Part shown: positions 43,952 through 48,503 of the stretch, one piece after another
Numbering within the stretch: position 1 is the first letter of the stretch
Layout of the letters: each line of letters opens with the position of its first letter
NCBI GenBank assembly: GCA_964594615.1
Contig: CAZQNZ010000002.1
Span: forward strand, 1 to 48,503
Origin: an uncultured Planctomycetia bacterium
GTDB taxonomy: Bacteria > Planctomycetota > MHYJ01 > CAYXQY01
Reading direction: 5' to 3'
DNA: 48,503 nucleotides
The notes under the pieces: model-generated
The model's database searches: none
Told to the model about the DNA's origin: nothing
The model's input: the letters and a program-made list of their open reading frames with translations, nothing else
Translations under genes and position numbers: made by a program

Positions 43952-44344
43952 ATGCTGGTGAAGAGTTACAAAGATGTTGTCCCGTATCGTCTCCAGAAAG
44001 GAGAAGCAAAGGGGGCCTATATCCGTCCGTTGATTAGTGAAGACGACGGTGCGGGGGATTATCACATGAACCTCCTCCGCGTGGAACCCGGCGGTCGGAC
44101 GTCGACGAACCAGTATGCGTATTCCCATCAGATGTTCATCCGTAAAGGGGACGGTGAACTCGTGAAAAGCTCCAGCATCCGGGAGCTGGAAGAAGGAGAC
44201 GTGATGCTGATCCGGGAGGAAGAAGAATATCAAATACGGAATGCATCCGACGCGGACCTGGAAGTGCTGATGATTCTCCCGGCGGAAATCAAGCAGGACG
44301 AGCGGCCGGAGGATTACGATCAGGATGAGAACCAAAATGACTAG
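43952..44344 (+). CDS. Cupin domain protein
   Basis: From the ATG at 43952: MLVKSYKDV... The core HMNLLRVEPGGRTSTNQYAYSHQMFIRKGDGEL ... LEEGDVMLIREEEEYQIRN fits the two-motif cupin barrel. The tail is acidic. Confidence 0.7.
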   Translation: MLVKSYKDVVPYRLQKGEAKGAYIRPLISEDDGAGDYHMNLLRVEPGGRTSTNQYAYSHQMFIRKGDGELVKSSSIRELEEGDVMLIREEEEYQIRNASDADLEVLMILPAEIKQDERPEDYDQDENQND

Positions 44345-44471
44345 TTTTTCATCGGCTGAGGGGCCATACGCATGATCCGGGACGTTCCATCAATCCGCTC
44401 CCGAACCTGCGGCACTCCCGAAGACAGCAAGAAGCATCACCTGATTCAACCCGAGTTATCCGGAGGAAACG

Positions 44472-45203
44472 ATGCCTAATCGAACCGCTCTTGTGATTGA
44501 AAGCCAGCAAAACAAAGGGGTCGGTGCCGCCGTCAGCCGGAGGCTCGCTCGAGATAATTACAAATGTCTCTGCGGAATCGATGAAGAAGAGCTGGAGGAG
44601 ATTCGCCAGAAAGAAGAGGAGAACGTGCGCAGCAAGCTTGAACAGGTGGATGTGTCGCTCGACGACCGAAGTTCCATCATCACCACCGTCGGTGAAATTG
44701 CCGCTCAATACGGGGGCATTGAGCTGCTGGTAATCAATGCCAACACGGAGATACGCAGATCACTGTCCGAAATCAAACCCAACGACTGGTCAAAGGTGAT
44801 CCATCAGAACCTGCTCGGCCCGTTCTACGCCATGCAGGAACTGGTTCCGCACATGAAGAGTAGCCGGAACCGTCGGATTGTTCTCGTGCTCCCGGGTCGC
44901 ACACCGGAGAAGGATGCGGGAGACGAACTGCTTTCGGCCGCGTCGAAAGGGGCCCTGAACGGCATCATTAATTCCCTCTCCCGCCAGATCTATCCTCAGA
45001 TTTCATTGAATGCGGTTCTTCCGGGTCACGTCATCGAAGGAACGGACGAGACCACGGTTCGCACGCGCGAGCAGACCAACGACCCGTACAAGCGACGGCT
45101 CAAACCACAGGACGTGGCTGAAGCGGTTCACTACCTGGCACGGCGAACCAACAAAGTGACCGGTCAGGTGCTTTCACTGGATTCCAACCGGGAACTGCCG
45201 TAG
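44472..45203 (+). CDS. SDR-like (short-chain dehydrogenase fold) protein with degenerate cofactor and catalytic motifs
   Basis: 243-aa ORF. The overall SDR layout is present (ALVIESQQNKGVGAAVSRRLA, LLVINAN, IVLVLPG, SAASKGALNGIINSLSRQ, LNAVLPGHV, TGQVLSLD). The TGxxxGIG motif and the YxxxK tyrosine are not. Confidence 0.7.
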   Translation: MPNRTALVIESQQNKGVGAAVSRRLARDNYKCLCGIDEEELEEIRQKEEENVRSKLEQVDVSLDDRSSIITTVGEIAAQYGGIELLVINANTEIRRSLSEIKPNDWSKVIHQNLLGPFYAMQELVPHMKSSRNRRIVLVLPGRTPEKDAGDELLSAASKGALNGIINSLSRQIYPQISLNAVLPGHVIEGTDETTVRTREQTNDPYKRRLKPQDVAEAVHYLARRTNKVTGQVLSLDSNRELP

Positions 45204-45368
45204 TTGTGGTCCGCATACCGCAGCCGGTATAGCAATGGACATGTGTTCGGCGTTGAATATCGATTCGGCCGTCCCCTCAGTACACTCCACCCTCTCAATT
45301 CGCCCGACGGGGCTTCTTGTTCTTTGCCCCACCAAACTGGACTCATTTCAACGGACCATCGACTTCCC

Positions 45369-46040
45369 GTGAGCGTATGCCTTGGTATCGACGAAGCGGG
45401 TCGTGGTCCGGTCATCGGGCCCATGGTGATCGCCGCGGTATGCTGCACGGCCGACCAGAAAGGCGTACTTGAGGAAGAAGGGTTCTCCGATTCCAAAACG
45501 CTTTCGGCCACCGTCCGTGATCAAAAGCGCTCGTTCCTCGAGGAAAGCGAGGTCGACCTGTACACGGAGGTCATACCGGCCCGTGACATCGAGCATTCCT
45601 CGCTCACCGATCTGTCACTGGACGCGATATCCCGCCTCATCAACCGTGCAGAACCGGACGAGGTCATTCTCGACGCCCCGGGCCACCCCGATGCCCTGCC
45701 GCAGTACCTGGACCGTCTCCGGGACCGACTCGATCTACAGCCCCATCCCCCTATGACCGCCGAACCCGGGGCCGACGACATGTACACCCTCGTTTCCGCC
45801 GCCTCCATTGTCGCGAAAACCCTGCGGGACGAAAAAATCAATGAACTCAAGGAACAGTTCGGTGATCTCGGCAGCGGATATCCCTCCGACCCCACCACCC
45901 GTACCTTCCTGAAAAATCACCTGGCCCCGGACGAACCGGTGCGCAAACACATTCGAACCCGCTGGAGCACGTTCCAGGACCTTCTGGCAGAAGCCGGAGG
46001 ACCCCTGTACCATTCACAGGACGAACAACAGGAATCTTAA
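45369..46040 (+). CDS. rnhB: Ribonuclease HII
   Basis: From the in-frame GTG at 45369: (M)SVCLGIDEAGRGPVIGPMVIAAV, FSDSKTLS, VSAASIVAKTLRD and GDLGSGYPSDP. The track ORF begins at 45204, but its first 55 residues look non-coding. Confidence 0.85.
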   Translation: MSVCLGIDEAGRGPVIGPMVIAAVCCTADQKGVLEEEGFSDSKTLSATVRDQKRSFLEESEVDLYTEVIPARDIEHSSLTDLSLDAISRLINRAEPDEVILDAPGHPDALPQYLDRLRDRLDLQPHPPMTAEPGADDMYTLVSAASIVAKTLRDEKINELKEQFGDLGSGYPSDPTTRTFLKNHLAPDEPVRKHIRTRWSTFQDLLAEAGGPLYHSQDEQQES

Positions 46041-46063
46041 TCCCTCCTTCTCCACCGTTCCCT

Positions 46064-46091
46064 TTGACAGCTGTGCTGGTTCTCGTATAAT
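46064..46091 (+). promoter_or_regulatory. Consensus sigma70 promoter upstream of prkA
   Basis: TTGACA (46064-46069), 16-nt spacer, TATAAT (46086-46091). Both hexamers are perfect. It lies about 165 nt upstream of the prkA ATG. Confidence 0.5.
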
Positions 46092-46258
46092 GCAATTTCG
46101 GCGGGAAACCGTCGAAACGCACCTGAAACTACTAATAACGGGCGACACGAACGATGATTCTGACGGCCGGCCGGCTGGACGGAGGCCGAACCGGGTCGTC
46201 GATGTCCCGCTCGACCGGGCCGTCGCTCTGTCACCTTTTCCAGCGGGGTGCAACCGAC

Positions 46259-48358
46259 ATGGACAACAACACCGAACAGGACGTTCAGGAGGAACATCGC
46301 ACGGACGAACAGACAAACGGTCACCTCAAAGACCGTGTCGACGACATCGTCGATCAGGCCATCGATCCGGACGCCTTTCAGGAACTGCACTGGCAGGGCT
46401 CCTTTGACGACTACCTGGATCTACTTGAGGACAACCCCCTGATTGCCCGGACCTCCTTCCAGCGCCTGTACGACATGATCCTCTCCTACGGCGCCGAGGA
46501 GGTCGAGCGAAATGGCGAAACCATCACACGGTACCCGTTCTTTTCGGATCCAATCAACGACGGGAAAAACGCCGTGTACGGCCTGGAAAAGAGCCTGATG
46601 CATTTCGTCAACGCCCTCAAAGCCGGTGCCCACGAATACGGCACGGAACGACGCCTCCTGTTGCTGCACGGCCCGGTCGGAAGTGCCAAGTCCACCATTC
46701 TCACCCTTCTGAAACGGGGGCTGGAAACGTATTCCCGCACCGGCGAAGGAGCCCTCTACACGTACGCCTGGAAAACGGACGACGCTCCCTCCGGCTGGAA
46801 AACCTGTCCGATGCACGATGAACCCCTGAAACTAATTCCGGAACCGGTCCGCAGGGAAATCCTCGACGACCTCAACCAGCGTCACAACCGGAGCTACGAC
46901 CTGAACGTCGAAGGAGATCCGTGCCCGGAATGCCGTTACTACTACAACCAGGCCATGGAACGATACAACGGCGACTGGCACAAAGTGGTGGAGGACGTGC
47001 GGGTCGAACGGTTCCTGATCAGTGAAAAGGACCGCGACGGCATTGCCACGTTTCAGCCCAAGGACGAGAAAAACCAGGATTCCACCGAGCTCACCGGCGA
47101 CATCAACTACCGGAAAATCGCCAAGTACGGATCTGATTCGGACCCGCGCGTGTTCAACTTTGACGGGGAACTGAACGTCGCGAACCGCGGTCTGATCGAA
47201 TTTATCGAGGTGCTCAAACTGGACGTCGCCTTCCTGTACGACCTCCTCGGCGCGACGCAGGAGCACAACATCAAACCGAAGAAGTTCGCCCAGACGGACA
47301 TCGACGAGGTCATCATCGGACACACCAATGAACCGGAATACCGTCAGCTTCAGAACAACGACCTCATGGAGGCCTTCCGGGATCGAACGGTTAAGATTGA
47401 CATTCCCTACAACCTGGAACTGGATCGCGAAATCCAGATCTACGAGCGCGACTACAACAATAACAAAATTACGGACAAACACATTGCCCCCCACACCATC
47501 GAGGTATGCAGCATGTGGGCCGTCCTGTCGCGGCTTGAAGAACCGAAGAACGCCAACCTTACGCTGATGCAGAAACTCAAACTGTACAACGGCAAGTCCG
47601 TCCCCGGCTTCACGGGAGACAGCGTGACGGAGCTCCGGGAAGCCGCTGATCATGAAGGCATGGAAGGGATCTCCCCGCGTTATATTCAGAATCGCATTTC
47701 GAACGCCCTGGTCACCGCCGGCGAAGACGGCTGTGTGAACCCGTTCAAAGTGATGAATGAACTCGATCAGGGCCTCGATCAGCACGCGTTGATCACGTCC
47801 GACGAGGAAAAGGAACGATACCGGGAACTGCTTGCGGTGGTCAAGGACGAGTACGAGGACATCGTGAAGAACGAGGTCCAGCGGGCCATTACCGCCGACG
47901 AGGAAGCCGTCAACCGGTTGTTCGGCAAGTACATCGACAACGTCAAGGCATACACCCGGGACGAAAAGGTTCAAAACCAGTATACCGGCGAGGAAGAGGA
48001 ACCGGACGAGCGGATGATGCGCAGCATCGAGGAAAAGGTGGACATTCCGGAAAGTCGAAAGGAGGATTTCCGCCGGGAAATCATGAACTACATCGGTGCA
48101 AAGGCGGTCGAAGGAAAGGACTTCGATTACCGAACCAACGAACGCCTGCAGAAAGCGCTGGAACTGAAGCTGTTCGAAGACCAGAAGGACAGCATCAACC
48201 TCAGCCGCCTGGTCACGGACGTGGTCGATCAGGAAACCCAGGAAAAAATCGACATCGTCAAGAGCCGCCTGATCAACTCCTACGGCTACTGCGACGTGTG
48301 CGCCAACGACGTCCTGTCCTACGTCTCCAGCATCTTTTCCCGCGAGGAGGAAGAGTAA
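46259..48358 (+). CDS. prkA: PrkA family serine protein kinase (AAA-type N-terminal domain)
   Basis: From the ATG at 46259 (MDNNTEQDV...). [40 protein letters not shown] (Walker A), [18 protein letters not shown] and GHTNEPEY are present. The length and layout match PrkA/YeaG. Confidence 0.95.
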   Translation: MDNNTEQDVQEEHRTDEQTNGHLKDRVDDIVDQAIDPDAFQELHWQGSFDDYLDLLEDNPLIARTSFQRLYDMILSYGAEEVERNGETITRYPFFSDPINDGKNAVYGLEKSLMHFVNALKAGAHEYGTERRLLLLHGPVGSAKSTILTLLKRGLETYSRTGEGALYTYAWKTDDAPSGWKTCPMHDEPLKLIPEPVRREILDDLNQRHNRSYDLNVEGDPCPECRYYYNQAMERYNGDWHKVVEDVRVERFLISEKDRDGIATFQPKDEKNQDSTELTGDINYRKIAKYGSDSDPRVFNFDGELNVANRGLIEFIEVLKLDVAFLYDLLGATQEHNIKPKKFAQTDIDEVIIGHTNEPEYRQLQNNDLMEAFRDRTVKIDIPYNLELDREIQIYERDYNNNKITDKHIAPHTIEVCSMWAVLSRLEEPKNANLTLMQKLKLYNGKSVPGFTGDSVTELREAADHEGMEGISPRYIQNRISNALVTAGEDGCVNPFKVMNELDQGLDQHALITSDEEKERYRELLAVVKDEYEDIVKNEVQRAITADEEAVNRLFGKYIDNVKAYTRDEKVQNQYTGEEEEPDERMMRSIEEKVDIPESRKEDFRREIMNYIGAKAVEGKDFDYRTNERLQKALELKLFEDQKDSINLSRLVTDVVDQETQEKIDIVKSRLINSYGYCDVCANDVLSYVSSIFSREEEE

Positions 48359-48423
48359 TACCCAACGGAAAGCCGCCCCGAGAACGAAAATAGAAAAACC
48401 CTGATGGCGAATGAGAACAAAAA

Positions 48424-48479
48424 GCCCGCGAAGCGGGCGACAGCAATTAGCCCCGGGTGAAGCGAAGCGGAACCCGGGG
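48424..48479 (+). repeat. Two GC-rich hairpins after prkA; the second belongs to the REP-like family seen at 39391-39834
   Basis: GCCCGCGAAGCGGGC (48424-48438) has a perfect 6-bp stem and a GAA loop. AGCCCCGGGTGAAGCGAAGCGGAACCCGGGGTT (48449-48481) has arms CCCCGGG/CCCGGGG. This is the same arm and loop core (CGAAG) as the inverted copy at 39391-39420. Confidence 0.5.
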
Positions 48480-48503
48480 TTGAACAACACGGTCAAGGTA
48501 TGG

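Noticed and set aside
46832-48496. 554-aa ORF on the minus strand, the third-longest minus-strand ORF in the track
   Set aside because: It lies entirely antisense to prkA, whose frame carries an unambiguous Walker A and PrkA family blocks. The antisense translation is V/L/F/D/G-rich with no motif. This is a typical shadow ORF of a GC-biased coding region.

Overview
48.5-kb chromosomal window at mid-50s %GC by eye, not computed. It is mostly single-copy housekeeping genes. I cannot place the organism. The DUF1800/DUF1501 pair, a giant HEAT+LamG exported protein and a BrxA/B-type redoxin fit a PVC- or FCB-group bacterium. Visibly D/E-rich proteins suggest a halophile. Both points are inference only.

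Recognisable genes, in order:
- DUF1800 (5' truncated) and DUF1501
- 1160-aa HEAT/Ig-like/3xLamG protein
- hemH and a CYTH-like protein
- M48 peptidase with TPR region
- rpmF-plsX-fabH-fabD cluster
- tRNA-Ser(UGA) abutting a DUF151 nuclease gene
- aroC, an FAD oxidoreductase and acs
- rhodanese sulfurtransferase and a Zn-ADH
- pdxJ, dapA, a bacilliredoxin-like protein and comF
- cyclophilin-domain protein / TolC lipoprotein / HEAT-TM-coiled-coil-TPR protein operon
- mfd, pgeF and an aldo-keto reductase
- ferritin, a sucrase/ferredoxin-like protein, a cupin and an SDR-like protein
- rnhB and prkA

No CRISPR array, rRNA, transposase, integrase or recognisable defence island is visible.

Most worth a second look:
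1. Two translationally coupled paralogs, 22944..25695, built as TM helix, long coiled coil, small barrel-like domain and BRCT-like domain.
2. An unlisted 44-codon ORF ending CCCMDSNCCCGG, 209 nt upstream of the rhodanese gene.
3. Nine 10-bp-phased ATCYGCG boxes in three triplets, 2571..2834.
4. A ~0.23-kb MITE-like insertion with perfect 14-bp inverted ends and an 8-bp flanking duplication, 22610..22846.
5. A 0.9-kb non-coding gap packed with a REP-like GC-rich hairpin family, with another copy after prkA.

All functional calls come from reading the translations and motifs by eye. No database search was run.
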